A stretch of 64,000 nt of DNA from Podospora anserina (taxonomy: Eukaryota): assembly GCA_017654855.1 (NCBI GenBank), contig CM030336.1, forward strand, positions 434,001 through 498,000, in the 5' to 3' direction. This document shows, piece by piece, positions 51,244 through 63,465 of this stretch. The translations under genes and the position numbers were made by a program. Below the pieces are notes generated by a model that was not told the DNA's origin, made no database searches, and saw nothing but the letters and a program-made list of their open reading frames with translations. Within the stretch, counting starts at the first letter, position 1. Every line of letters starts with the position of its first letter.

Positions 51244-51893
51244 ATGTCTTACTACGACATTGACTCTATTCTCACCGACGCAGAGGTACCAGACTGGTCT
51301 CCTCCGAACCTTCTCTCTGTCACTAACCGGCACCTTGATGGCCACAGAAAATCCCATGTACCTTCCAGCTCGACATTCCTGACCTAGGCTACCTTGACAA
51401 CACCCCGAACCAACCCCTCAAAGCCGGAACAAAAGTTAACCTCCCACTATGGCTCGCCGAAATGCTTGTCATCGCCAACACCGGCGGTCCCGATAACAAG
51501 ACCTTTGTCACATTCGACCTCCCCCGAGCTCTCGGAAACGACGTCGTTCAAGCCCTCAAAGCCGACCCTCGAGCCGTCCCATTACGCGACCAGAGCGCCC
51601 ATTTTTACGGGCTTGCAACACACATGATGGATCTATCTGAGGAACAAGAGCTGGGGAGTGTCCTGCGCAAGACGTTCGTCACTCGCGCTGCCGAGATCTC
51701 ATTACATGCTCGCAAGGTTGGGGGCGTCAGCACTAAAGGGAAAGGGAAAGAGGAGGGGAGTAATCTTGGGATTGGTGGTGCTGGTGAGGAGTTCCTCAGA
51801 GGGCTGGACGAGTGGGAGAGGAAGCTCTTCCGCAAGGCGCACGACGGCGCCAAGTCTGGGAAGGAGTGGATGGACAGTATCAAGAAGAACTGA
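51244..51893 (+). CDS. PSF3: GINS complex subunit Psf3, 2 exons
   Basis: MSYYDIDSILTDAE/KIPCTF...LPLWLAEML...ALKADP...FLRGLDEWERKLF; intron 51286-51347. Confidence 0.93.
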
Positions 51894-52583
51894 GGGACTG
51901 GGGAGAATCTCTTCAAGCAAGAGGTGGAGGAAGCCAACCCACGCCCTCGCCATCCCTTCAATTCCCAAGATCGCCACCGCCGACGAAACGAAGAAATTAC
52001 AATATGGCCAGCGCCTGTTGTGGGATCAACCCGTACGAACAGCTGTACCAAAACCTTACTTGATGGCATGGGTTCATGCTCTAATTTTTGGGCTGGCTGG
52101 TCGTGGACACGCCGGCCCACATTGGACCTCGGGGAACCATTTGTTGAAATCCAAATTCGACGTGACAAACCAAGGATGGCGCAGAGAACTGCATAATAAC
52201 CTTAAACCGGACCAATGGACACCTAGTTCAATCGGTAATCGGCGCAAGATCAACTGATATTGCCTTCTTCGATTCCAGATACGGAACAACTGGGAAATAC
52301 GGTGCGCAGGCGTCAAAATGTGGAATAGGTATGATAGGCCATATCGCACGGCACAGCGTTGCCGGTGTAGGGCTCATTCTGTGGCAAGACAGCACACATA
52401 TATTATGCACAATACAGGAGAACATCAAACCATCAAATCTGTGTAGTTTGGGACTATCTTGATGTTTCGTCTCAGTTTGCGAGCACTTCCTCAGCTGTCA
52501 GGGTTTTGCCATCCTTTTTGAGCTGGGGTTGGCGGTGGCAATCATGGACGCAAGCTCCACAGAAACACATCAACAAAGCACCA

Positions 52584-52655
52584 GCCCGGCTAGCGCAATG
52601 GTAGCGCGTAAGACTTCTAATCTTAAGGCTGTGGGTTCGAGTCCCACGTCGGGTG
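52584..52655 (+). tRNA. tRNA-Arg (anticodon TCT), intronless
   Basis: Acceptor GCCCGGC/GTCGGGT+G; anticodon arm TAAGA-CTTCTAA-TCTTA; T-arm GTGGG-TTCGAGT-CCCAC; 72 nt. Confidence 0.96.
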
Positions 52656-53092
52656 CAAAACGAGTTGACCCAAGATTTGGTCAGCTTGCATTCCTTTTCA
52701 ACCCCGCTTTTTTGGGGATATTGTAGATTTCTAATTACTTTTCCCATTCTACTATCTCTTCTTATGACGATGGCTGCCCTGGAGATGGCGAGGCACTCCT
52801 ACTAAGACTCCTCGCTCTTCCGATAAGCTTCGATACACCCAGCGACGACGTCTTTTTCTTGAGGACGTAGATTTTGGGCATGCAGGCTACGAAGCCGCTT
52901 CCGGAGGGAGGATTGGGAGATGGGAGGGCGAAAGGGTAGATGGTGTAGTTGTCTGAGAGCCAGTGGTGGACTGAGTAGAAATCGCTTTTTCCCCACGGGG
53001 TGTGTTGTTAGTATCTTGGTGCAGATTGGCGACTGATGATAAGTGCACCGAGTGTCTTTTTTCACAGGGACAAGATATGTAGGGGGGGGAAC

Positions 53093-54047
53093 TTACGTCC
53101 ATCTACTGGGTGTCTCTGGCAGGTTTGAGTCCGCTCCGTCTGGCCAGAAGGAGAACTCTTTTACAATGATACCTGGTCTGACGTCGAGCTCTTGGATGAG
53201 TTTCAGAAGGGTGTTGTTGAGGGTTGTGTCGAACAGGAGGGTGTGGGAGTTGATTTTGAGGATTCCTTTGTCGATGTACTCGTGGGGGGATTGAAAGTCG
53301 GGAAGGAGAAAGGTGCGGTGCTCGAGCTGAGTGTGGTTGTCTGGTTTTTTGCGGAGGACGCGGGACATGTCTTCGAAGAAGTAGGATTGGCGGTTGATGT
53401 TGTTGTACTGGAACTGTGGGTGGATTATACTGTTGTTGGGTGGAGGGTCGATGGAGGGGGGCTTGCTGGAGGAGCTTTGGGACGGGGGTTTCTTCTCGGT
53501 GGGGGATAACTTGGGCTTTTGGGCTTTGTGGGAGACGGCTCGGGTGAAGTGGAGGAGGTTGGTGATGGAGATGTTGGATTGTTTGAGGTAGTACTTGAAA
53601 GGACCGCCGGGCTCGCCCATTTGCTCAAGGATGTGTCCTGCTAGGGGTCCTGTGTAGAAGATATGTTCGGCGGTGAGGATACGGCGCATTATTTGGTAGT
53701 AGCCCGGTTCGTTCAAGGGGTTGGGCTCCTTGAGGTCGTCTCTTCTGTAAATCTTGCGCTCTGTGAGCCCGGGTGGGAGTGAGTCGATAATGTGACATAT
53801 TCTAGACCGATTTCAGTAACGTGTTGGACCTCACAAAGCAGCTCTGGACCTACGTCGCGTTGTCAACCATGGCCCATTCTTGGCGTCTACTAGTGATGAT
53901 GTTGTATGCGGCTTGAATATGAGGAGGTACTTCGAGATAATTTTGAACAAGGTAGTCAGCCCTTCTGACAACCTCGTTCCTCCGAGCATAGCCCGGGTGA
54001 GTGTCGAGTTCTCCAGGCTCGATGGGTTTTGCACGTGGTTGCGACAT
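53093..54047 (-). CDS. Hypothetical protein, at least 2 exons; 3' end uncertain
   Basis: ATG 54047 after a TATA-like site; GTAGGT...CTAG intron joins ORF 53850-54203 to ORF 53093-53716 in frame; a further GTAAGT donor near 53097 may extend it. Confidence 0.6.
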
Positions 54048-56382
54048 TTCGATGCTTGTGTCTGTGAGGTGGGTGAGGAGCAGCGACTGAGGCCGTAGGG
54101 AGAGGTTATATGTGAATATGGGGTTCGTCAAGTGTGGGAGGTATTGCTCCGGTGGATTGGTCCAGACAGGTTGCTCCCTGGGCTTCGGCCCTGAGGCCCA
54201 CAAACCAGTCTTGATAGTTATAGGTGTTTGCTCTCGGAGCTGTTTATTTGAGTATCTCTGAATATCATTAACTTTTACACATCTCTGCGGACGCCCGACA
54301 TCACGTGGGGAGTTTCTTTGTTACCCAAAGCTTCGTTGGTGACACGAACAACTGCGGGCGGTCTGTTGGTTTCATTTTGCGGGCAGCATCGTGATGAACT
54401 TTGAGACACGAGACATACAAACGTGCCATACGTGTGAATTGTATGGGGTCGGATGGTGAATGGAGTCCAGACGGGTGCTTTGGCCCTTTTGCCACTCGGC
54501 TCCAACCGCTAACTTTTGGTGGGAGGCATCCCGAGAGGGCAGTGCAAATTACGTATCACAGACCGCCGTCCGGAACCAGCTCAGGGGTCCAGGGGCAAAA
54601 CCATCGCGTTCTCATGCTAGGAGAGAATTGTCGTGGAGCTCACTCATAAATGATTGATGGTGTTGAGAAAAGGTATTCTGCCGCACCATACAGCTCCCAC
54701 ACCACGAAGTCCAGTCAACGTCTGTCAATCACTGCGCACAAGTGCGAGCTATCCCCAACCTATTTGATGCGCACTGTAACCCTTTATCACAGTCGTTTCA
54801 CTTTACCCAGCCAAGTCTAGCCACTCAGGCTTATGAGTTCCGGAGCTATCGTACGTCTCCAACGACCTGGCGAAAACGAGGCATGTGAAAAGAAGATTGG
54901 AGAACAGCGATATCCCCTGGCACCACACCCAGCCACCGAGACATTCAGTAGACATTGTTCAGGGTAGATAAAACCACAGGTAAAGAGTCTGTGTGCCAAG
55001 AAGAGTTGGCAAGAACACATACCCGCGGTAGCCTTCGTAAGAGTCGTGGATAATACACCAGAGGATTACCCTCCCAAGACCTGTCCCTGCAAGTCAGATC
55101 AGTGCAGCTTGTCGGACACGGAAAATGAAACTTGTTTTCCGTCTTACACTGGCTGTCCTCTGGAAGGATGCAGGGTTGGTGGTTGATCCCCAATCGTTGA
55201 TGATCATCCAAGGTCCAACCTTGTCACCTAACCATTCTCCAATTTCCGGATCAAGTACAATGTGATAAATGAACCAGATGCAGATATAGCCAAGTTCTCT
55301 CGGCCATGCCAGGGGGCCAGATCTAAAGAGCGCCGAGAACAGGGATCATCAGTGTCGAGATGGCGCGTTGGAGAGCTTTCTCATGCAGCAAGTCCTCTAT
55401 CTGTACTGTGCGACGTATGGGGTTTTCGGACAGGCTTAGGTAGACTTCGTGGTTCCGATAGGCGATTAAAACGAGGACTTGTACTGCTACCCATCCTATA
55501 GACAAACACCAAGCGGCAGTTTGAAATCCGAGTGGTATCGTGACAAAGACTAGTTTGATGATGACGAGAAGACAGCAATGGTGCCGAGAATCTTGACGAT
55601 CAACTCGACATAGGATTCGTTCCCCCTCAGACTCTCCCTGGCGCTGCCAATAGACCTGATGCCACCAGCACGTGGACTCCTACGGCCGAGTTGGTCATCT
55701 TCTGATGGATTTAAATTTCGATGTCCATGAATATCTCGTGTCGAGGCATGGTCGGTGATATCAAGGCTGCTGGCGGGTGACGCTTCGCCAGAGTAGGGGA
55801 TATCTCCTAGCAGGGGTGATCTTGCTTCGTCGTCGTCGTCGTCATGTCCCTGGGCATCCGGGTTTTCGGACCAGCGGTTGGAACTCCGGCGCTTCCACCA
55901 AGAATTAGTTGGAGTTGGGTTCACCAATTTCCAGGATGCCGGGAGGCTGCCGCGACTTCGTAGAAGTAGCACAGCTGTGGCAGTCATCCGTAGGTTCCCC
56001 CGGAGCCCCAATCCAAGATCAGCTCTTGTCAACCCAATACAACGGATGGTCGGCCAGATGCATTGTGACAATGCGAAGATGATGAGGTTTCGTGTCGGTG
56101 TGTTGGCATTCGTGGCTTGGGTTGGAGTTGGCTGCCTCCGAAAAGCGCTGAAAGTGGCCACCAGCGAGAGCGAGCCCAGCCTTGGGACCGGCATTGTCGC
56201 TAGTTCCTTAGGTACCCAGGCAGAGTCATTTTGACCAAAAGAGTTTAAGTTGGCAAAAGGAATCTGTAGGTATTCTTTGAACCGTGATATAGCTATATAG
56301 GTCGGGACCCGATACTTTAGGTACTTGAGCCAAATTGGCTCCTGTCAATAGCAAACCTGAGAAGTCGAACCCATTCCAGCCA

Positions 56383-58148
56383 TCATTGTAGTTGCGGTCC
56401 GTCACCAAACAAAGATTCAATCTGATCTTGCTCCAACACAGCATCAAGCTTCGCCTTCTCCTCAATAGCTGCGACTTCCGCAGGAGCAATAACAACCTCC
56501 GGCTCCTCGGTGCCTTTGTTGTCCGCGCCAGCAACTGCCTCAGCCTTCATTCGGCCAAATCGCGACCCAAACGTCCTCCGTCTTTGGATCCGCGATCTCA
56601 CAGGACCTAACCCAGGTTAACCATTTTATTCCTGCACGCCATACGTCGCGCCAGTTGACTTACCCTTGACAGGTTCACGACCTTCGGCTCCCCTCCTCGA
56701 GTTCACCCCCCCACAGTTCGGCGCAGAAATCGGCACCAACGACTGCGGAAACGGATCCAACGGACCCCAGACATTCCCATTCTCATCCCTCCCAACACCC
56801 TTGGTCAAGAACTCCATCTCCCGAAACTCAAACGGCACGCCGTTGGCGAACAACCCCGGGATGTCCATCTCGGTCTGAACCCACACGTTCACAGGTTGGA
56901 TGTAGCTCCCTGCCAGAATTCCGTTCCTGGTCCTCCGGGTGATGGGGACACCGTCAATCTCAGCTACGGCACGATACTCCCTTGTGTAGCCAAACAGGAT
57001 CTCATTGCGGTACTCGAACTTGTTCTGGAAGTTACGTCCACCGCGAAGACCGACGCCGGCGATCATGCGTTCTGTTGTCTCGCCTGTGCAGGGGTTTACG
57101 TCGAGGGCGTAGAGGGTAACCGAGGTGCGGGGGTTGGAGGAGAAGCCGATGAACTTGGTGGGGTTTAACACCGGTATGGTTGTTTGGGGGAGGGCAGGGC
57201 AGGGGGCTTACTCTGGAGTCAGCGATTTCAGCTGCCGGGCTGGGACTGAAGATACCGAGGAGAGCGAGCTCCATGCGGATGTAGACAATGTCATCGCCAG
57301 TGGTGATCTGAACGTTTTGGGCGACGATGCTGAAGGCGATGACTTCGTCGCCGCGCCGGAAGCCACTGAAGGTGATGAGATCGCCCGGGAGGAAGGGGGC
57401 CATGACCAATGGGTCGGGGGCGCGGCTAAGGGTGACAGTCAGAACGCTGAGTTGACCACGATGTTGCGGATCGCTTACAAGATTCCGGGACGGCCAGTAG
57501 GCCGATTGCTCAACGGACACAAGGGATCAGAACCGTTGCGGGGGATACACATAGGAAATCCTGAAAACGCAGTGATGCTGGGACTTTGATCATCCGCCGT
57601 CATGAACGGCGCACCGTCATACCCAACAGAGAAGACACCGTTGGGATCGCTGATGCGGACGGTAGGTCCGTTCTCGATCTTCATGCTACCATCAGTGTAA
57701 TTGAGGGACTCGATGAAGCCGAAGCTGAGGCCCTCGAAGAACTCGGTGATGACCACCTGACCGACACGGGGGTCTCCCTCGATAGTGTTGCCCATGACCT
57801 GTAACAGGTATTAGCCAGCCGCTAACTTGGAGTCGACAGCAAGCGGGGGCTGTTTACCAAGGTCTCAAACCCAATGAAGTCTGACTTGCTCGCGACAAAG
57901 TCTCTCCACGGCACCCACGCGGCAGGAAACTGGACTAAGAGGTTTCTTGGGATGTTCAAAACGAAGCCGTTGACGGTGATTGTACCGCCGGCGTTGTAGG
58001 ATGTGTCATTGGCGGTGACGGTTGCGTCCTCGAACGCTCCCTGTACCCAGATAGGAGAGTCATCTCGGAGGACCTGGGCGAGGACACAAGGGAGGAACAA
58101 AGAGAAAAAGAGAAAAGAGAGGATCGAGGTGAAGATGTGACACCTCAT
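56383..58148 (-). CDS. Uncharacterised secreted protein, 5 exons, divergent from the multicopper oxidase
   Basis: Signal peptide MRCHIFTSILSFLFFSLFLPCVLA; canonical introns 57857-57799, 57478-57426, 57211-57154, 56663-56607 join four ORF-track pieces in frame; motifs GGTITVNG..IPRNLLVQFPA, RISDPNG, FSGFPMCIPR..DPLCP..NRP, MAPFLPGD. Confidence 0.85.
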
Positions 58149-59444
58149 GTTGGCAGTGTTGCTGAACGAGTCAAGGACGGACGCGGGTACCTGACATAGA
58201 GCCAGCACAAGTCTCTGTTGAGGCTCATGTCTTATATAGGCTCTTCTCTGCGACGGCTCAGTCATCACAGTCATAGTCCATGTTTCTTCTCAGCGGCAGC
58301 TCCAATCTGTCAAGGCATGGCTCTCTGGCTCACTTCTTCGTGACTCGGGGGCAAATATTTCAGCTCGGCTCGACCTGCCCATCGGCTTGGTCATCAAGGT
58401 AGAAGCGAGCTATAGACAATATTCTGAGATGAACTCATCCATCAGGAGAATCTAGAGTCTGTGGCCTTGTGTCAATAGAATCCATGTGAATACAACATAA
58501 CAAACATATAGGTTCCTGTTAAGCGAGCAGATGCCGACTATCACAGAGCCAAGGCCAGTCTAACATCATGTGCCGCTTCCTTTGCAGCTTTATTCCCCAC
58601 CATCAGAGATTCGCTAAATCTTTCTTCCCGACGTTAATCCTTCAGTTATTAGGACAGATCTCACACCTCCACCATTTCAGGTAGAACTTGTAGGAAATTT
58701 CCTCCGTCTCGTCCCGGCTGAGATTCCTGTTGGGAGATGGCAAAGACTCGTGCAACAGTCTACATTGTCTTGGGTGTAACCCGACAGAAAAAGAAAGGTT
58801 CAATGTATAGCCGATGATATCCAGAGTAGGTAAGGGGCAAAACGGGGGGGCTCATTAACAGTCCAAGAGCGGGCCGTCGCGTGGGAAGGAATAGGGGTCA
58901 CGCCCACTCGGCTTCTTCCCGATGACGTGCTGGGGTGTTGTGAGACGCCGCTCTCTGCCGAGTTTGGCTGCTGGAGGGTGCCCATATCAGCATCGAGGAT
59001 CGACCTGCATGGGACTATCGGGTATTTTAATTTGCTCAGGGCTGAGCGATAGCGGCGGTAGTTGCCGAAGCGAAGTTCACCCCCCCGGCGCCCATGGACG
59101 TCTCGTATTAGTCTGCCCCCCACACACCCCTTAGAAATCTAAAGATGGAAACAAGAGCGTGTGTCGTTGACCACAAGTTCGTCACCACACCATCGCTACA
59201 TCGGGATTATTGTTTCGCCACTGAGAATATCGCAAGAAGAAAAGAAGTGCGAGATGAGTTCATCTGGAGCTGACATACCGAGGTTGCTGGCTGGGCATTG
59301 GCTTGGAAGAAGAGATGGCAACTCGAGCCGAGCGAGCCAAATCGAGATGCCCTCATATATCTGGGTGAGCAAATCTATCAGTGGGATATCCAGGCCTTGG
59401 ATGTTATCGCCGGTGATCTGTTTTAGACACTGCCATCGTCCACC

Positions 59445-61795
59445 ATGGTGCTGTTCTGTTATCTCAAGCTCGCAGCCCTTGCAGTGGTACTGGCCCCCCA
59501 TCTTTCAAAAGCCCACCTCTTGCGTCGTCCTGAAGATGCTTCTTCAGAAAAGATCACGGGCAGCCATGATCACCTCGGATTTCGTTCAGAAACAGAGAAC
59601 CACCATCTGGTCAAGAGGAAGCACCCAAACCTGAGCCCAGACTACCCGCTCATGTTCCAAGTCCCACTTCCTATCCCTCCTCTGAAGCAACCCACCCGGT
59701 AAGTCCCCACGCTGCCATCTTGGCCTCGGTCCCTACCATCGGACTGACACCTCCCAGAATTGTCAAAGTCCCCACTCTGTCCAACATGACCTCCCCGTTC
59801 TCGAACCTTACCAATGCCAACACCACGATTCCCAGGTTTGTGCATTACTACGAGATTGAGATCAAGCCCTTCCAGCACTCCATCTACCCGGACCTCAGTC
59901 CCGCCAATCTTGTCGGCTACGATGGCATCTCTCCCGGTCCCACCATCATGGTGCCACGAGGGACCGAGTCCGTCGTTCGCTTCGTCAACAACGCCCACGC
60001 CAACAGCTCCATTCACCTCCACGGATCCTATTCTCGCGCTCCCTTTGATGGTTGGGCCGAGGACACCACCGCCCCTGGGGAGTACAAGGACTATTACTTC
60101 CCGAATCGGCAGTCGGGCAGGATGATGTGGTATCATGACCACGCAGTGCACATTGTCTGTTCCTCTCCATCCTGCAAGTTCCAAGTCATGGCACGCTAAC
60201 CCATACGAAAACCGCAGACAGCAGAGAACGCCTACATGGGCCAAGCAGGCGTGTATCTCGTCTGCGACCCAGCAGAAGATGCCCTCAACCTCCCTTCCGG
60301 CTATGGCGAATACGACATCCCCCTCGTCCTCGCAGCCAAACAGTACAACCTCGACGGGACACTGTTCTCCACTGTCGGGGAGAGAATCAGCCTCTGGGGT
60401 GATGTCATCCACGTCAACGGGCAGCCGTGGCCCTTTCTGAACGTCGAGCCACGCAAGTACCGGTTCCGGTTCCTCAACGCGGCCGTGTCAAGATCGTTCT
60501 CGCTATACTTTGTCAAGACAAGCAATGCCGGCGGGCTCAACGCCAAACTTCCCTTCAAGGTCATTGCGAGCGATTCGGGGCTGTTGGAGAAGCCAGTTCA
60601 GACTTCGTACATGGTTTGTCTCCTCCCAGTCTCTTTTCTTCCCTGAAATGGTAGCTAACCAGTTGACCGCCAGTACATCTCCATGGCCGAGCGCTATGAA
60701 ATCGTTTTCGACTTCTCCTCCCACGCCGGACAGACCATCGAGCTCCGCAACTTTGCCAAAGCCGGCGGCGCCGGGGTCGAGGACGACTACCAAAACACAG
60801 ACAAGGTCATGCGCTTTGTGGTTTCCAACACCACCGCCAGCGCCGACACCTCCGTTGTCCCTGCCCAACTACGCACCGTTCCATTTCCCCGTCCCAAGAC
60901 AAGGAGAAAGATTGACCAGCACTTCAAGTTCCACCGCGCCAACGGTCAATGGCTCATCAATGGCGTTGGCTTCGCGGAGGCCAACAACCGTATCCTTGCC
61001 AATGTCCCCCCCGGCACGGTTGAGATCTGGGAGTTGGAGAACACTACCGATGGCTGGTCTCACCCAATTCACGTGCATTTGGTGGACTTTCGGGTTATCT
61101 GGCGTCGACGGGAGGGTAGGCGCGTGGAGAAATACGAAAGTGAGGGGCTCAAGGATGTCGTATGGCTTGGGAGAGAGGAAACGGTGCTGGTGGAGGCTCA
61201 TTACGCTCCCTGGGACGGCGTGTACATGTTCCATTGCCACAACCTCATCCACGAGGACGACGATATGATGGCCGCATTCAATGTTACTGCGTTGCCTGAC
61301 TTTGGGTACAGCAACTTCTCTGCCAAGTTCTTGGATCCCATGGAGCCGAGGTGGAGGGCAAAGCCATTTGCCATGGCAGACTTTACCGCACGGACAGGGC
61401 CATTCTCAGGGGCGGCGATTGACCAAAAGGTGAAAGACTTTGCTGCGTCGGACGCCTATAGGCATGCCGACGAGATCATGGATGGCTTGGATCAATACTG
61501 GAGGACCGCCAGCCAGCCTGTTCGGAGCACAAGTACACGATCATCTGCAACCAATACCCGATCGACCACGAGCACAGGGACGCGAACCACTACCACATCT
61601 AGGGCAACGACGACATCGAGGGCAACAACATCAACACCAACAACTCGAAATTTAAGCACCCGGCTTCAAGCAACCACTCGTTCATTCATTACAAAATCAT
61701 GGGACAGTTCGGCAACACAGTCGACACTGCCGCCGCGCTTAACGTCTAGGCCGCTGTCAAGTTCTCGTCCGCCATCCACAGCAACACTGTTCTAG
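59445..61795 (+). CDS. Secreted bilirubin-oxidase-type multicopper oxidase with Ser/Thr-rich tail, 4 exons
   Basis: All four Cu motifs: IHLHG, WYHDH, WSHPIHVH, HCHNLIHEDDDMM; VNGQPWP, YRFRFLNAAVSR; introns at ~59699, ~60156, ~60614. Confidence 0.95.
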
Positions 61796-61960
61796 GTAGC
61801 CAGATGACACTACGTGTATCCGGAAACAAGGAGGTTTTGCAGGTCTCTCTATGTATTGACCTGTTTCGCTTTCTTCATCTATATATTCATTCCAGTACTA
61901 TTCAGTTATGTTTCATTTAAATGCCAGAATCATTACAGAAAATCACGATCGTCACCAACA

Positions 61961-62013
61961 CCGTTGATGCCTCTGTTAAGTGCCTGTTAAATTTGCAGTT
62001 AACACCCCAGTTG
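61961..62013. repeat. Phased array of five CNGTTR hexamers
   Basis: CCGTTG 61961, CTGTTA 61973, CTGTTA 61984, CAGTTA 61996, CAGTTG 62008; spacing 12, 11, 12, 12 bp. Confidence 0.55.
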
Positions 62014-62169
62014 ATCTAATAATCGTTCCCGTCACCCGCGTGTTAGTTACACTCTCATTTAATATGGGCCCATACCGAACACCTACAACCCGACCGAACC
62101 CTACCGACTCCGCCTCACGTGATCTGCGCTCGCGGGGTGTAGGGGGTCCTATACCATGTCAGCGATAGT

Positions 62170-63465
62170 CTAATGCTTCTGACATAAGCGAGACTTCTTT
62201 TTCACCTCCGAGCCCTCAGCCGGAAGCTCCTTCTAGAGACACATGTGAGCTAACGCCGTTTAGAGATCTACAGTAAAGACAAGAACTTACGAGCAAGTCC
62301 TCAAGTCTAGCCTCTTGCGCAAGAGATTAGAAAGGTCGTGACACATCTCTCTTTAAAAAAGGGATTGGAATCACCTTGGCTTTGCTCATTTTCTTCTCAT
62401 GGGCCTGTAATATACTTAGCACGCCGGTCAAAGCTCGTATGATGTGAAGCTTCCATACCTCGGTGGCGTTCCACACAAGGCTACATACACAACGAAGTCT
62501 AATCAGCAGCTTATATGCATGGCAGCGGGTTTCCATGATGATAACACATGCGATAATTTCCTCCTTTTTTTCCTGTTGCCGATATCAGCCTCGATAGAAA
62601 ACGGTCTATTCAAACAGGGCAAAACCCACGGGAACGAGCTCGGAATAGTGCTAAAAAACGGTCAATTGATCTCTACAATGTTGGAGACATTGGAAAAGAT
62701 CCCATATACAGAATTTGCATTGATTGAGCTGGACTGGGCAGATCCGTTCATACGTGAGAATGGCCATCAGCCACTCGTCCAGTCTTACAAAACCCCCATA
62801 AAATCAAAGCTTACATTGGCCCGGCTCGTCAGTGAACTGTTAAAATAAAGTCAGCTCATGTAAATCCTCGCGTGTTCCATGGAATAAACATACCTCCATT
62901 TTGCGCTGTTCGTTCTATATGGATTTTTAGCCAACCTATATCGCCGGAAATATGTCCAATGCTCGACACACCTTGATTTCAAGGACCAAGTTCTTCAAAG
63001 AACTCAAGTCAGTATGTCCATCCTAGCTTTATCCCAGCTTTTCTTCTCCATGCCGTTTGCTCACGACGATTTCCTCGTTCACCCGAGGGGTTTTTCTTTT
63101 TTGTTTTTTCCGTCGGTTTCTGCAGCGAGCGGTGTCAGAAGCACTTCAAAACGATCATCGCGTCGTTCGCAAGCGTGTAGGCGGTCATCCAAGCTTATCA
63201 AAATCCCATTTGGAAACGGCATGCCTGAATATTTCCGAACTGTAAGCGGGCATTAGCAACCATCCAAGCATGTCAAAATCTCATTCAAAGGCGCAACATA
63301 CTTGTGGATTTTGGGACTGTGGGCGAGTAAGAAAACATCCAAACATTGTAAAAACCAGTTGAAAAGCGCATACATGGCATCTACAAGCTTTTATGAATTC
63401 CGAAGTAATCAGAAAACGGCAAACATCGAAGATGCTGGGACAAGAAAAATATGTAAACATACCAT
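62170..63465 (-). other. Micro-exon gene or pseudogene (~15 exons of 3-63 nt), product unknown, charged/coiled-coil-like
   Basis: Regular alternation of donor (GTATG/GTAAG/GTGAG), CTRAY-like branch and YAG acceptor signals every ~75-80 nt on the minus strand; reading frame not fully restored by eye. Confidence 0.7.

Noticed and set aside
55550-56194. 214-aa minus-strand ORF with a DDDDDEARSPLL segment
   Set aside because: Could be a gene remnant, but no ATG start, family motif or clear splice model; not enough to annotate
62444-62848. 134-aa plus-strand ORF
   Set aside because: GTG start and no motif; the region is better explained by the minus-strand micro-exon array
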